From assembly GCF_963921235.1 (NCBI RefSeq), contig NC_086097.1, positions 32,738,001-32,802,000 of the forward strand: a stretch of 64,000 nucleotides of DNA, read 5' to 3'. The number at the start of each line of letters is the position of its first letter. The stretch's first letter is position 1. The notes under the pieces were generated by a model that saw nothing but the letters and a program-made list of their open reading frames with translations, was not told the origin of the DNA and ran no database searches. Source of the DNA: Mobula hypostoma. Lineage: Eukaryota. Made by a program: the position numbers and the translations under genes. This document shows, one piece after another, positions 12,393 through 25,474 of this stretch.

Positions 12393-12703
12393 TACTTGGA
12401 TTTTCAGAAGGCCTGTGACAAGGTGCTGCACATGAAGTTGCTTTAACAACATAAGAGCCCATGGTATTTCGGGAAATAAACTGACATGGGTAGAAGATTG
12501 GCTGTCAGGCAGGAGACAAAGACTGGGAATAAAAGGGGCCTTTTCTGGTTGGCTGCCAGTGACTAGTGGTAGTCTGCAGGGGTTGGAATCGCTTCTTTTC
12601 ACGTTATACGTCAATGATTTGAATTTTGGGGTTGATGGCTTTGTGAGCATGCTTGCGGACGATACAGGTGGACCGACAGGTAATGTTGAGGAAGAAGGCA
12701 GTC
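12393..12703 (+). mobile_element. Old CR1 LINE, segment 2 (RT)
   Basis: Joining 4944 to 12393 restores gtggatgatgtatacttggattttcagaaggcc = VDDVYLDFQKA. The segment continues to LADDT. Confidence 0.85.
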
Positions 12704-15700
12704 TACCAGTGCCATGTGTTAGTCAGAGTAGAAATAGGAGGATATTTCAGATGAATACATGGCTTGAAAAATGGTGCATGGGGGAGGGATTCAAATTTCT
12801 GGGGCATTGGAACCAGTTCTGGAGGAGGTGGGACCAGTACAAACAGGACGGTCTGCACCTGGGTTGGGCTGGAACCAATGTCCTAGGGGGAGCGTTTGCT
12901 ACTGTTGTTCAGGAGGATTTAAACTAATGTGGCGGGGGGGGTGGGAACAAGTGCAGAGAGACAAAGGGGTGTAAAATGAGGGTAGAAACAAAAATTAGTA
13001 AGGTGAAAATTAAAAGTGGCAGGCTGGCAAATCCAGGGCAAAAATCAAAAAGGGCCACTTTCCAACATAATTGTATAAGGGCTAAGAAGGTTGTAAAAGC
13101 AAGCCTGAAGGCTTTGTGTGTCAATGCAAGGAGCATTCGTAACAAGGTGGATGAATTGAACGTGCAGATAGTTATTAATGAATATGATATAGTTGGGATC
13201 ACAGAGACATGGCTCCAGGGTGACCAAGGATGGGAGCTCAACATTCAGGGATATTCAATATTCAGGAGGGATAGACATGAAAGAAAAGGAGGTGGGGTAG
13301 TGTTGCTGGTTAGAGAGGAGATTAATGCAATAGAAAGGAAGGACATTAGCTGGGAGGATGTGGAATTGGTATGGGTAGAGCTGCATAACACTAAGGAGCA
13401 GAAAATGCTGGTGGGAGTTGTGTACAGGCCACCTAACAGTAGTAGTGAGGTTGGGGATGGCATTAAACAGGAAATTAGAAATGCATGCAATAAGGAAACA
13501 GCAATTATAATGGGTGACTTCAATCTACATATAGATTGTGTGAACCAAATTGTAAAGGGTGCTGAGGAAGAGGATTTCTTGGAATGTATGTGGGATGGTT
13601 TTCTGAACCAACATGTCGAGGAACCAACTATAGAGCAGGCAATTCTAGACTGGGTACTGAGCAATGAGGAAGGGTTAATTAGCAACCTTGTTGTGAGAGG
13701 CCCCTTGTGTAAGATTGACCATAATATGGTGGAATTCTTCATTAAGATGGAGAGTGATATAGTTAATTCAGTAACAAAGGTTCTGAACTTAAAGAAGGGT
13801 AACTTTGAAGGTATGAGACATGAATTAGCTAAGGTAGACTGGCAAATAATACTTAAAGGGTTGACGGTGGAAATGCAATGGCAAGCATTTAAAGATCACA
13901 TGGATGAACTACAACAATTGTTCATCCCAGTTTGGCAAAAGAATAAACCAGGGAAGGTCGTGCACCCGTGGCTGACAAGGGAAATTAGGGATAGTATCAA
14001 TTCCAAAGAAGAAACATACAAATTAGCCAGAAAAAGCGGGTCACCTGAGGACTGGGAGAAATTCAGAGTCCAGCAGAGGAGGACAAAGGGCTTAATTAGG
14101 AAAGGGAAAAAAGATTATGAGAGAAAGCTGGCAGGGAACATCAAAACTGACTGTAAAAGCTTTTATAGATATAAGTAAAGAAAAAGATTGGTTAAGACAA
14201 ATGTAGGTCCCTCACAGTCAGAAACAGGTGAATTGATCATGGGGAACAAGGACATGGCTGACCAATTGAATAACTACTTTGGTTCTGTCTTTACTAAGGA
14301 GGACATAAATAATCTTCCAGAAATAGTAGGGGACCGAGGGTCTAGTGAGATGGAGGAACTGTGGGAGATACATGTTAGTAGGGAAGTGGTGTTAGGTAAA
14401 TTGAAGGGATTAAAGGCAGATAAATCCCCAGGGCCAGATGGTCTGCATCCCAGAGTGCTTAAGGAAGTAGCTCAAGAAATAGTGGATGCATTAGTGATAA
14501 TTTTTCAAAACTCTTCAGATTCTGGATTAGATCCTGAGGATTGGAGGGTGGTTAATGTAACCCAGCTTTTTAAAAAAGGAGGGAGAGAGAAACCAAGGAA
14601 TTATAGACCAGTTAGCCTAACGTCGGTGGTGGGGAAAATGCTAGAGTCAGTTATCAAAGATGTGATAACAGCACATTTGGAAAGCGGTGAAATCATTGGA
14701 CAAAGTCAGCATGGATTTGTGAAAGGAAAATCATGCCTGACGAATCTCATAGAATTTTTTGAGGATGTAACTAGTAGAGTGGATAGGGGAGAACCAGTGG
14801 ATGTGGTATATTTGGATTTTCAAAAGGCTTTTGACAAGGTCCCACACAGGAGGTTAGTGTGCAAACTTAAAGCACACGGTATTGGGGGTATGGTATTGAT
14901 GTGGAGAGAGAATTGGTTGGCAGACAGGAAGCAAAGAGTGGGAATAAACGGGACCTTTTCAGAATGGCAGGCAGTGACTAGTGGGGTACCGCAAGGCTCA
15001 GTGCTGGGACCCCAGTTGTTTACAATGTATATTAATGACTTGGACGAGGGAATTAAATGCAGCATCTCCAAGTTTGCGGATGACACGAAGTTGGGCGGCA
15101 GTGTTAGCTATGAGGAGGATGCTAAGAGGATGCAGGGTGACTTGGATAGGTTGGGTGAGTGGGCAAATTCATGGCAGATGCAATTTAATGTGGATAAATG
15201 TGAAGTTATCCACTTTGGTGGCAAGAACAGGAAAACAGATTATTATCTGAATGGTGGCCGATTAGGAAAAGGGGAGGTGCAACGAGACCTGGGTGTCATT
15301 GTACACCAGTCATTGAAAGTGGGCATGCAGGTACAGCAGGCGGTGAAAAAGGCGAATGGTATGCTGGCATTCATAGCAAGAGGATTCGAGTACAGGAGCA
15401 GGGAGGTACTACTGCAGTTGTACAAGGCCTTGGTGAGACCACACCTGGAGTATTGTGTGCAGTTTTGGTCCCCTAATCTGAGGAAAGACATTCTTGCCAT
15501 AGAGGGAGTACAAAGAAGGTTCACCAGATTGATTCCTGCGATGGCAGGACTTTCATATGATGAAAGACTGGATGAACTGGGCTTGTACTCTCTGTAATTT
15601 AGAAGATTGAGGGGGGATCTGATTGAAACATATAAAATTCTAAAGGGATTGGACAGGCCAGATGCAGGAAAATTGTTCCCGATGTTGGGGAAGTCCAGAA

Positions 15701-16000
15701 CGAGGGGTCACAGTTTGAGGATAAAGGGGAAGCTTTTTAGGAACGAGATGAGGAAAAACTTCTTCACACAGAGAGTGGTGAATCTGTGGAATTCTCTGCC
15801 ACAGGAAACAGTTGACACCAGTTCATTGGCTATATTTAAGAGGGAGTTAGATATGGCCCTTGTGGCTAAAGGGATCGGGGGTATAGAGAGGAGGCTGGTA
15901 CGGGGTTCTGAGTTGGATGATCAGCCATGATCATACTGAATGGCGGTGCAGGCTCGAAGGGCCGAATGGCCCACTCCTGCACCTATTTTCTATGTTTCTA
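12704..16000 (+). mobile_element. Younger 5'-truncated CR1 LINE (end of ORF1 esterase; ORF2 EN+RT with in-frame stops)
   Basis: ORFs 12976-14178, 14188-15597 and 15607-15930 carry NARSI, GITETW, GDFN, YLDFQKAFD, GVPQGSVLGP and KFADD. The 3' end is cctattttctatgtttcta. Confidence 0.95.
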
Positions 16001-16395
16001 TAAGAGCAAGAATGTAATTCTGAAGCTTTATAAGGTACTGGTCAGTATGCATTCAGAGTATGGTAAGCAGTTTTGGGCCCCTTATCTAAGAAAAGATGTG
16101 CTGACATTGAAGAGAGTCCAGTAGAGGTTCAGTAGAATGATTTTAGGAATGAAAGGGTTGAGTTATGAGGAGTGTTTGATGGCTTTGGGCCTGTACTTGC
16201 TGGAATTTAGAAAAAATAAAAGGGGGTCTCATTGAAAGCTATTGAATATTGGAAGACCTAAATAGAGTGGATGTGGAGAGGATATTTCCTATAGTGGGGA
16301 GTCTAGGAGCAGAGTGCACAGTTTCAGAACAGAAGTGTGTCCATTTAGATGGGCCAGATGGTCTAATCCTGCTTCTATGTCTTATGGTCTTATGC
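16001..16395 (+). mobile_element. Old CR1 LINE, probable segment 3 (3' end)
   Basis: KSKNVILKLYKVLV...QFWAPYLRKDVL, then a cttatggtcttatg tail. Confidence 0.7.
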
Positions 16396-16399
16396 TCTC

Positions 16400-17110
16400 T
16401 AATCCACACAGCAGCATCCCGATAAATTTCCAAAATCTCCACACCCTTCCTATGATGGAGCATTTAGAACTAATGCAATAATCCAAATGTGGCCTATAAA
16501 ATTTTATAAAGCTGCAGCATAACTTCCCAATTCTTGAACTCAGTTCCTCAATTAATAAAGACAAGCATACTGTACACTTTCTCTACCACCCTACTCTATC
16601 AATTCATGCAGCCACTTTAAACGTGTTATGCTCTTGGGCCCTAAGATCCTTCTCCACATCAACACTATTAGGGGTCTTGCAATTAATTGTGTACTGTCTC
16701 TTTACATTTGATCTCCCAAGGTGCAACATCTTACACTTGGTCGAATTAAACTCCATCAACCTGCACCGGGACCATAGCCCTCCCATCCATGTACCTATTC
16801 AAATTTCTCTTAAATGTTGAAATCAAATCAACATCCATCATTTTCACTGGCAGCTCGTTCGTCACTCTCAGCACCCTCTGAAGAAGATCCCCCTCGAGTT
16901 CCCTTTAAATATTTCCACCTTTCATCCTTAACCTATGACTTCTACTTCAGTCTCACCCGACCTTAGTGGAAAAAACATGCTTGCATTTACTCTATCCCTC
17001 TCTTAATTCTGTATAACTCTATCAAATCTCCCCGCAATCTTCTATGCTAATAAAATCTTAACCTATTCAATCTTTCCCTGTAATTCAGGTCCTTAAGTCC
17101 TGGCAACATC
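16400..17110 (-). mobile_element. Two adjacent CR1 3' fragments
   Basis: Minus-strand MEFNSTKCKMLHLGRSN. 16760-17110 resembles 18455-18830. Confidence 0.7.
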
Positions 17111-17169
17111 CACAGTTCTTTACTCATTAACCTCCTTTATAGGATAGGAACAGAGTTCCCTTTGCCCTG

Positions 17170-17770
17170 ATCAGAGTTCACTGCCAAGAAGGCCCACCAG
17201 CGCCTTTACTTCCTGAGAAAACTAAAGAAATTTGGCCTGTCCCCTAAAACCCTCACTAATTTTTATAGATGCACCGTAGAAAGCATTCTTCTAGGGTGCA
17301 TCACAACCTGGTATGGAAGTTGTCCTTTCCAAGACGGGAAGAAGCTGCAGAAGACTGTGAACACGGTGCAGCACATCACACAAACCAATCTTCCATCCTT
17401 GGACTCACTTTACACTGCACGCTGTTGGAGCAGTGCTGCCAGGATAATCAAGGACACGACCCACCCAGCCAACACACTTTTCATCCGTCTTCCCTCCAGG
17501 AGAAGGCTCAGGAGCTTGAACTGTGATAAGACTGCTGAACGGATCCTGACCCGGATCTGGGCCGTATCCTCCAAATATCCGGACCTGCATCTCGTTTTTT
17601 TTTGCACTACCTTACTTTCCCTTTTCTATTTTTCTATTTATGATTTATAATTTAAATTTTTAATGTTTACTATTGATTTGTAATCCAGGGAGCGGGAAGC
17701 GCAGAATCAAATATCGCTGTGATGTTTGTACGCTGTAGTATCAATAGTTTGGCGACAATAAAGTATAAAG
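17170..17770 (+). mobile_element. Rex1/Babar-type LINE 3' end, apparently inserted in a decayed PLE fragment (17110-17170 and 17770-17905)
   Basis: KKAHQRLYFLRKLKKF...FYRCTVESILLGCITTWYG and IIKDTTHPANTLF..LPS, followed by a 3' UTR ending aataaagtataaag. Confidence 0.8.
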
Positions 17771-18376
17771 TGATCTTCCATAATGCACATCCAGGACATC
17801 ATTGTTAGTCATCTCTGCCAGCTGCTTAGTGCTCCCACCACCAGTCACATGACCTCCTCTCCCCTTCCTGCCTTCTGCAGGGACCACTCTCTCTGGACTC
17901 CCTGGTATGCACAGGCTTTCAGCCTCCAATCCCTGGACCAGCCTTGCAGGCATCAAGACTCTGACTTCCAGACTTACTGTCTTCAGTCTTCGACTTCCTC
18001 TCTTCCCCCTCACCCGATTCTGCCCATCACCACCAATTCCTGTCCTACATCTTCCCTGCATCTCCATATTCTAGCCATCTATGCTCTCCATGCTCCACAG
18101 CTGCACCCCCCCAACTCCAACCCCGCCTCATTATCAATCCAATGCTCGAACACCGCTATTCCAGCAACCTTCACAATATTGCAATACTCATCAGCACCAG
18201 CAGAGGGCAGGCCTCATCATTACCAGGATGCAGCTGGGATTGTGGTTCAAACTTCCAATCCTGCTTTACTAGTGAAATTAAAAATAGCAATGTCCAAGAA
18301 AAGGTTTTTTAAAGTTTCAGGGGAAGCAAAACTGAGCAAATAAGGACCAAATGTTGATCAAGAAAAAGGAATAGAG

Positions 18377-20760
18377 TCATCGAGAAATACAGCACAGAAA
18401 CAGGCCCTTTGACCCATCTAGTCCATTCCAAAACCATTTAAACTGCCTACTCCCATTGACCTGCACCGGGACCATAGCCCTCCATATCGTTACTATCCAT
18501 GTACCTATCCAAACTTCTCTTGGAAGTGTTGAAATTGAGCTCGCATGGACCACTTGTGCTGGCAGCTCATTCCACACTCTCACAACCCTCTGAGTGAAGA
18601 AGTTTCCCCTCATGATCCCCTTAAACTTTTCACCTTTCACCCTTAACCCATGACCTTTGGTTGTAGTCTCACCAAACCTCACTGGAATGAACCTACTTGT
18701 ATTTACCCTACCTATATCCCTCATAATTTTGTATAGCTCTATCAAATCTCCTCGAAATCTTCTACATTCCAAAAAATGCAGTCTAACCAATTAAATCTTT
18801 CCTATAACTTGGGTCCTTCGGTCCCTGCAACATTCTTGTAAATTTTCTCTCTACTCTTTCAATTTTATTTACATTTTTACTGTAGGTAGGTGACCAAAAC
18901 TTCACACAATACTCCAAGTTAGGCCTCACCAATGTCTTCTACAACTTCAGCATAAAATCCCATCTTCTGTACTCAGACTTTGGTTTATGAAGGCCAATGT
19001 TCCAAAAGCTTTCTTTATGACCCCATTCACCAGTGCTGCCACTTTCAATGAATTATGAACCTGTATTCCCAGATCCCTTTGTTCTACCACATTCCTCAAA
19101 TGCCCTACCGTTCAATGTGTAAGACCTGGTTGGCCCTACCGAAATGCATAACCTTGAACTTGTCTGCACCAAATTCCATTTGCCATTTTTCAGCCCATTT
19201 TTCCTGTTGTTGCCGATCCCTCTGCAAGCCATGAGAGCCTTCCTCACTGTCCACTACACCCCCAATCTTGGTCTCACCTGCAAATTTACTGATCCAGTTA
19301 ACCACATCATCATTCAGATCATTGATATAGGTGACAAACAAAGGTCACGGCATATTTCCCTGCGGCACACCACTAGTCACAGTCCGCCAGTCAGAGAGGC
19401 AACCCTCTACTACCACTCTCTGGTTTCTCCCACAAAGCCAATGTCTAATCCAACTTACTACCTCATTCTGAATGCCGAGTGACTGAACCTTCTTGACCAG
19501 CCTCCTGTGCAGGACCTTGTCAAATACCTTACTAAAGTCCATGCAGACAGCCTCTACTACCTTGCCTTCATTCACTTTCCTTATAACTTCCTCCAGAAAC
19601 TCTATCAGGTTGGTTAGACATAGCCTACCATGCACAAAGCCATTCTGACTATCCTTAATCAATGTCTATACAAATACTTACATATCTAGTCCCTTAGCGT
19701 ACCTTCCAATAATTTTCTCACAACTGATGTCAGGCTCACTGGCCTGTAACTTTCTAGTTCCTGTTTAGAGCCTTTTTTAAACAGCAGAATAACACTGGCT
19801 TTCCTCCAATCCTCTGGTACCTCTCCTGTCACTAAGGCCGTTTTAAGTATCTCTTTGAGGGCCCCAGCAATTTCTGCACTTGCCTCTCATAGGATATGAG
19901 GGGACACCTTATCAGGCCCTGGGGACTTATCGAACCTAATTTGCCTCAGGGTAGCAAACACCTCCTCTGTAATCTGTACAGGGTCCATGAAGTTGATGCC
20001 TCTTTGCCTCATTTCTATAGACTCTATATCCGCCCCCCCGAGTAAATACAGATGCAAAGTATACATTTAAGATCCCCCCCCCCTCTCCTTTGGCTCCATG
20101 CAAGGTTTACCATTCTGGTCTTCCAGAGGACCAATTTTGTCCTTTACAATTATTTTGCTCCTAACGTATCTGCAGAATCCCTTAGGATTCTCCTTCACCT
20201 TGTCAGCTAGGGCAACCTCATGCCTTCTTTAACCCTTCCTGATGTCTTCCTTAAGTGTTCTCTTGCATTTCTTGTGTTTTTATAGGCACTGTTTCAGGGC
20301 AAGAGCCTTCATGCCAAGACCTGCTCTGCACCTCCTTTTCTCTCTTAACCAGGGCCTCAATATCTCTTGAAAACCAAAGCTCCCTACACTTGTTGTCTTT
20401 ACCTTTTATTCTGACTGGCACATACAAGCTTTGTACTCTCAAAATTTCAGTTTTGAAGGCCTCCCACTTACCAAGTACACCCTTGCCAGAAAACAGCCTG
20501 TCCCAATCCTCACTTGCCAGATCATTTCTGATACCATCAAAATTGGCCTTTCTCCAGTTTAGAATCTCAACCTGCAGATCAGACCTATCCCTTTGTATAT
20601 TTACTTTGAAACTTATGGTCACTGGATGTAAAGTGTTCCCCTATACAAACTTCTGATTGCCTCATAGCAAATCCAGTATCACGCACGCTCTCTCGTTGGG
20701 ACCTCTACGTGCTGATAAAGGAAACTTTCCTGAACACACTTGACAAACTCTATCCATCCA
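18377..20760 (-). mobile_element. Decayed CR1 LINE
   Basis: Minus-strand ORF fragments: NWRKANFDGIR, SQNGFVHGRLCLTNLIEF, TSGVPQG, SKFAGETK, RGNFFTQRVVRVWNELP. Confidence 0.9.
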
Positions 20761-20799
20761 GTCAATACTGTATGTGGAAAGGAAGGTAGAATATGAAAT

Positions 20800-21190
20800 A
20801 AATACAAAGAGATTCTGCAGAAGCTGGAAATCTTGGACACCACACACAAAATGCTGGAGGAACTCAGCAGGTCAGGCAGTTTCTACAGAGGGGAATAAAG
20901 AGTTGATGTTTCGGGCTGAAACCCTTCTTTAGGACTTGAAAGGAAGAGGGCAGAAGCCAGAATAAGAGGAAGCAAGCAGGTGATAGTTGAGACTTGGTGA
21001 GGAAAAAGGTGGTGGGTGGGGGAGGAGGGATGAAGTCAGAACCTGGGAGGTAATAGGTGGAAAAGATAAAGGACTGAAGAAAGAATTATCCGATAGAATA
21101 GGAGAGTAGAGCATGGGAGAAAGGGAAGGAGGAGGGGCACTAGAAGGAGGTGATGGTCAGGTAAGGAGAGGAAAAGGGATGAGAACGTAG
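20800..21190 (-). mobile_element. PLE terminal repeat and pyrimidine-rich tract, with a decayed hammerhead (20901-20936)
   Basis: The minus strand reads agtcctaaagaagggtttcagcccgaaacatcaact, followed by ctgcctgacctgctgagttcctccagcattttgtgtg. Confidence 0.75.
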
Positions 21191-21264
21191 CCCCCATCTG
21201 GTTTAGTGAGGACAAAATATAGCTGCCTTACAATTAGGAGATGGGAGAATTTATAGTAACAGAG

Positions 21265-21960
21265 ATTCAAGATTCAAAAAACTTTATTGTCATTCTAACC
21301 ATACATCAGCTCTGCAGGGCAGAATGAGACAGCGTTTCCCAGGAGCAGTGCAATCATAACATAACAAACGCAACACTAAATAATAAACATAACAATAAAT
21401 AGTAAAACGCAACAGCCAGTTCCATGTCAGTTAATTCAGTTATAAGTGTCCAGTGCAAGTTAAAAGTGTCCAAAGCAGAGTCAGCTAGAGCAGCTATTTA
21501 GCAGTCTGACAGCCTGTGGGAGGAAGCTGTTTAGTAGCCTTGTGGTTTTAGCTTTGATGCTCCTCTAACGTTTGCCCGATGGCAGAAGAACAAACAGTTC
21601 ATGGAGAGGGTGTGAGGGGTCTTTAATGATGTACCGTGTCTTCTGGAGGCATCGACTCTGAAAGAGGTCTTGGACAGAAGGTAGGGAGACCCCAATAACC
21701 TTCTCTTCTCCCCTAACCACCCTCTGCAAGGCTTTTTTGTCGACAGCACTGCAGCTGGAGTACCAGGTTGTGATGTAAAAGGTCAGCACACTCTCAACCA
21801 CGCCTCTGTAGAATGTAGTTAAGCTGTTAGTGGGGAGTGATGCTTGTTTAAGCTTCCTTAGAAAGTGCAATCTCTGCTGGGCCCATTTCACAATCCCAGT
21901 GGTGTTCCTGGACCAGGTGAGATTGTCCGAGATCCGCACCCCAAGGAACTTGATGTTACA
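21265..21960 (-). mobile_element. Rex1/Babar-type LINE 3' end
   Basis: KFLGVRISDNLTWS, AQQRLHFLRKLK, FYRGVVESVLT, IIKDPSHP..LFVLLPSGKR, and a (tgaatct)n-like tail at ~21265-21277. Confidence 0.85.
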
Positions 21961-22149
21961 CATGTAGGACACCACACACATATTACACATATAGATATAC
22001 AGAGGCAGAAAGAAACTTTCAAGATGCTTCCAGTGCAGATGAGGAAGTAAAAGGAATCAGTATACTACCAGAGAATCATGAAACATAAATCCCATCTACC
22101 CAGTGATTTGGATCGCAGATGAAACGGTTATCATCTCACAAAGGCCAAA

Positions 22150-22500
22150 TATGAGGCAGCATGCTAGGCCTCACTGTGGCAGAGGAGAGGCCAGTGCAGA
22201 CAGGTTGGTTTGCAATAATGAGTTGAAACGATGTGCAGCTGGAAACTTCAGATAGCTGATACAGATAAAGCATGGGATCCCCACCTGGGATCCACAGACC
22301 CCCGGATAATGGTAGGGGTCCATGGCATAAAAATGTTGGGAGCCCCTGCAGTAACCAGTCACACAATCTGCATTTGTTCTGGATGCAAAGGAGGCCACAT
22401 TGCGAGTGTTGCACCTCCTAAGGTTGCAAGGGAAAGTGCCCCCGGACACAGAAGGACCAAGGAGTCACAGACAGAGTGGTCCTTTGGTGAATGGGAGGTA
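22150..22500 (-). mobile_element. Decayed PLE GIY-YIG region fragment
   Basis: GTFPCNLRRCNT and SQCGLL..KCRLCD remnants resemble the PLE CCHH linker and GIY-YIG start. Confidence 0.5.
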
Positions 22501-23225
22501 GATGAGATTCTCCAGACACTCAGGATCTAGAAGAACCTACACAAAATGCTGGAGGAACGCAGCAGGCCAGGCAGCGTCTGGGGAGGGGGAATAATTTCTA
22601 GCTGAGACCCTTCATCAGAACTAGAAAGAAAACATTTCCATTAAGACTCAGCCAACTCCACCCTGGACACAACCCTCAAGGACATCTTCAAGAGCCAGTG
22701 CCTCAAGATGGCAGGCAGCAGCCATCAGTAATGACCCTCACCATCCAGGACATGCTGTCAACGTGACCAGGAGAGGGGTACACGTGCTTGAAGACCCAAA
22801 CTCAATGATTCAGGAACAGCTTCTTCCCACCCCCCTCTATCAGATTTCTGAATGGACAATGAACTTATGAACACCAACTTGTTTTTCCTCTTTTACGCTA
22901 TTTATTTTGCAGTTTAGGGTGATCTCAATGTCTTGCACTGAACTGCTGCCACAAAGCAACATTTGTCATATAAACCTGATCCAGTTGCTTCTGTGGTTAA
23001 ACAGAGGACAGTGGTCATCAAAGACACCATCCAGGCCATGCTGTCTTCTGGCTATGACCATCAAGTCAAGTCAAGTCACTTATTATTGTCATTTCAACCA
23101 TAACTGCTGGTACAGTACACAGTAAAAATGAGACAACTTTTTCAGGACCATGGTGCTACATGAAACAATACAAAAACTACACTGAACTACATAAAAACAA
23201 CACAAAAACTACACTAGACTACAGA

Positions 23226-23385
23226 AACATGAGGAAATCTGCAGATGCTGGAAATTCAAGCAACACACATAAAAAATGCTGGTGAACGCAGCAGGCCAGG
23301 CAGCATCTATAGGCAGCGACTGTACCTCTTCCTACAGATGCTGCCTGGCCTGCTGCGTTCACCAACATTTTTTATGTGCCTTACC
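23226..23385. mobile_element. Palindromic mini-insertion made of two inverted PLE terminal-repeat ends, with a 10-bp TSD
   Basis: agactacaga at 23216-23225 and 23386-23395. The arms are cacataaaaaatgctggtgaacgcagcaggccaggcagcatctatagg and its near reverse complement. Confidence 0.8.
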
Positions 23386-24603
23386 AGACTACAGACCTAC
23401 CCAGGACTGCATAAAGTGCACAAAACAGTGCAGGCACTACAATAAATAATAAACAAAACAATAGGCACAGTAGAGGGCAGTAGGTTGATGTTGGTATCAG
23501 GCAGGAGGTACAGGAGCCTTACGTCCCATACCACCAGGTCAGGAACATGGATAACTTCACTCACTACAACTCACAGGCTCATTTTCAAGGCTTCTTTACA
23601 ATAAGACCATAAAATGTAGGAACAGAATTAGCTCATTCCCCCCAACTAGTCTGCTCTGCCATTTCATCTTGTCTGATATACTTTCTCAATACCATTCCCC
23701 AGCCTTCTCCCCGTAATCTTTGACGACCTTATTAATTAAGAACCTATCAATTTTCACTTTAAATATACCCAATGACTTGGCCTCCACCGCCATCTGTTGC
23801 AATGAATTCCACAGATTCACCTCCCTCTGGCTAAAGAAATTCCTTCGTATGAATTCGTTCTAAAGGGGCGTCCTTCTATTCCGAGGCTGTCCTCTTTGAC
23901 CCGAGACTTTCCCACTACAAGAAGCATGCTAGCCCCCACCCCCGTAACTTTTCTATTGGGCACACCCCCTGGAACCTCCCCCAACCCTTCACATTACTTC
24001 CCCGGACACTCCCACACTGTTCCCCCAGGCACTCTTGACCTCTCCGGCGAGACACCTCCCTGGTCACACAACTACTCTGACTCAGCCTTTCAATATTCGG
24101 TATGTTTCAATTAGATCTTCCCCTTTTATCCTTCTAAATTCCAGCGAGGACAGATCCTCAACTCGTTCACGGTATTATTTTTATTTCGCAGTTTGTCTTC
24201 TTTTCACATTTGTTGTCATTCAGTCTTTGTTTATCTATATTTTTCATAAAGTCTATCGTATTTCTTTATCGTTCCGATAAATGCCTGCAAGGAAATCTAT
24301 AGTAATATACAGTGTAGGAACTTTGATATTTAATTTGACTTTGACTTTGAGGGTTGAGTGCGGCTCGGGCGCGCCCTCTGCGGGCGGCGACAGGCGATGC
24401 TGCTTCCTTTGTTGAATGGATGCGGAACCGGCGGTGGTCGGTAGTGTCGGCGCGGGGCCGGGGCCTATGGACCACGGACAGGGGTTGGGAGAGATCGGGC
24501 TGGAAGGGCACAGACAACAGAGTGTACTGGGGATCGACCCCGGCGAGTCAAGCTCACGGTTGGCGGAATTAGGAAGGCGGGCGGAGACTTCCTCCGTGGC
24601 TGT

Positions 24604-24676
24604 GGCTCCATAGCTCAGTGGTTAGAGCACTGGTCTTGTAAACCAGGGGTCGCGAGTTCGATCCTCGCTGGGGCCT
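24604..24676 (+). tRNA. tRNA-Thr (anticodon TGT)
   Basis: 73-nt cloverleaf GGCTCCA...TGGGGCC-T. A box TAGCTCAGTGG; anticodon stem CTGGT/ACCAG with loop CTTGTAA (TGT at 24637-24639); T arm GCGAG-TTCGATC-CTCGC. Confidence 0.97.
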
Positions 24677-24682
24677 CCTACC

Positions 24683-24686
24683 TTTT
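24683..24686 (+). terminator. RNA polymerase III terminator (T4)
   Basis: TTTT 6 nt downstream of the tRNA 3' end. Confidence 0.75.
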
Positions 24687-25474
24687 ACCCCGAGCGGGGG
24701 CAACATTTTATTCTCCTTGTGGGGAGATTGGTTTCGCTGGTCGCGACCCGGACCATCCCCAGCCATCACCCTCACTCCAATAGCCCTTTGGGTATGCCTC
24801 TCTTCCATTCTTTGACTCTGACTGTTCCCCCACCCCCTTGCCCCACGTAACTCCTCTACCGGGCATATGTCTGGACATTCCACACACCCACATCACAGAA
24901 CTTCCCCCAAGTCTCCCACTCCCCCTCCGCCAGTGACTACTGACCTCTCCATCTTTGCACTCCCACATCAACCACTCCTTCTCACAGCTAGCATGGGGCA
25001 GGAGGTACAGAAGCCCCACTTACCTTCAAAGTTCAACAGAGCAAGGGAAGTTTATTATCAGAGTCCATATATGTGACCATATACTAATTCAGTTTCTTGT
25101 GGGCTTTAATAGTAAATACAAAGAAACACACAGACTCAATGAAAAACTGCGGACAATCAATGTGTAAAAGACAACAAATTGTGTTAATACAAAATATAAA
25201 AGTTGATAATAATAAATAACAAATATAAGTTGTTGGGACGTTGAAAGTGAGTACATAGATTGTGGAATCAGTTCAGAGTTGAGTGAAGTCATCCACTTTG
25301 ATTCAGAGCCTGACGATTGAGGGGCAATAACTGTTCCTGAACCTGGTGGTGTGGGTCTTGAGACACCTCTACCTCCTTCCCGATGGCAGCAGCAAGAAGA
25401 GAACCTAACCTGGATGGTGGGGGTCCCTGATGATGGATGCTGCATTCCTGCAACAGCGCTCCTTATAGATAGCC

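Larger units (their letters stand above)
24350..24760. promoter_or_regulatory. CpG-rich island around the tRNA gene
   Basis: Visibly dense CpGs (gcggctcgggcgcgccc, ggcgcggggccgggg, ggcgggcggag) against a CpG-poor background. Confidence 0.7.

Noticed and set aside
17783..18343. 186-aa plus-strand ORF as a host gene
   Set aside because: It starts in a decayed PLE fragment and continues through C-rich low-complexity sequence.
20901..20936. Functional hammerheads at 20901-20936, 22595-22622, 39288-39320 and 41414-41451
   Set aside because: Core nucleotides are mutated (CTAAAGA, TTGACGA, lost GAAA or lost stem III).
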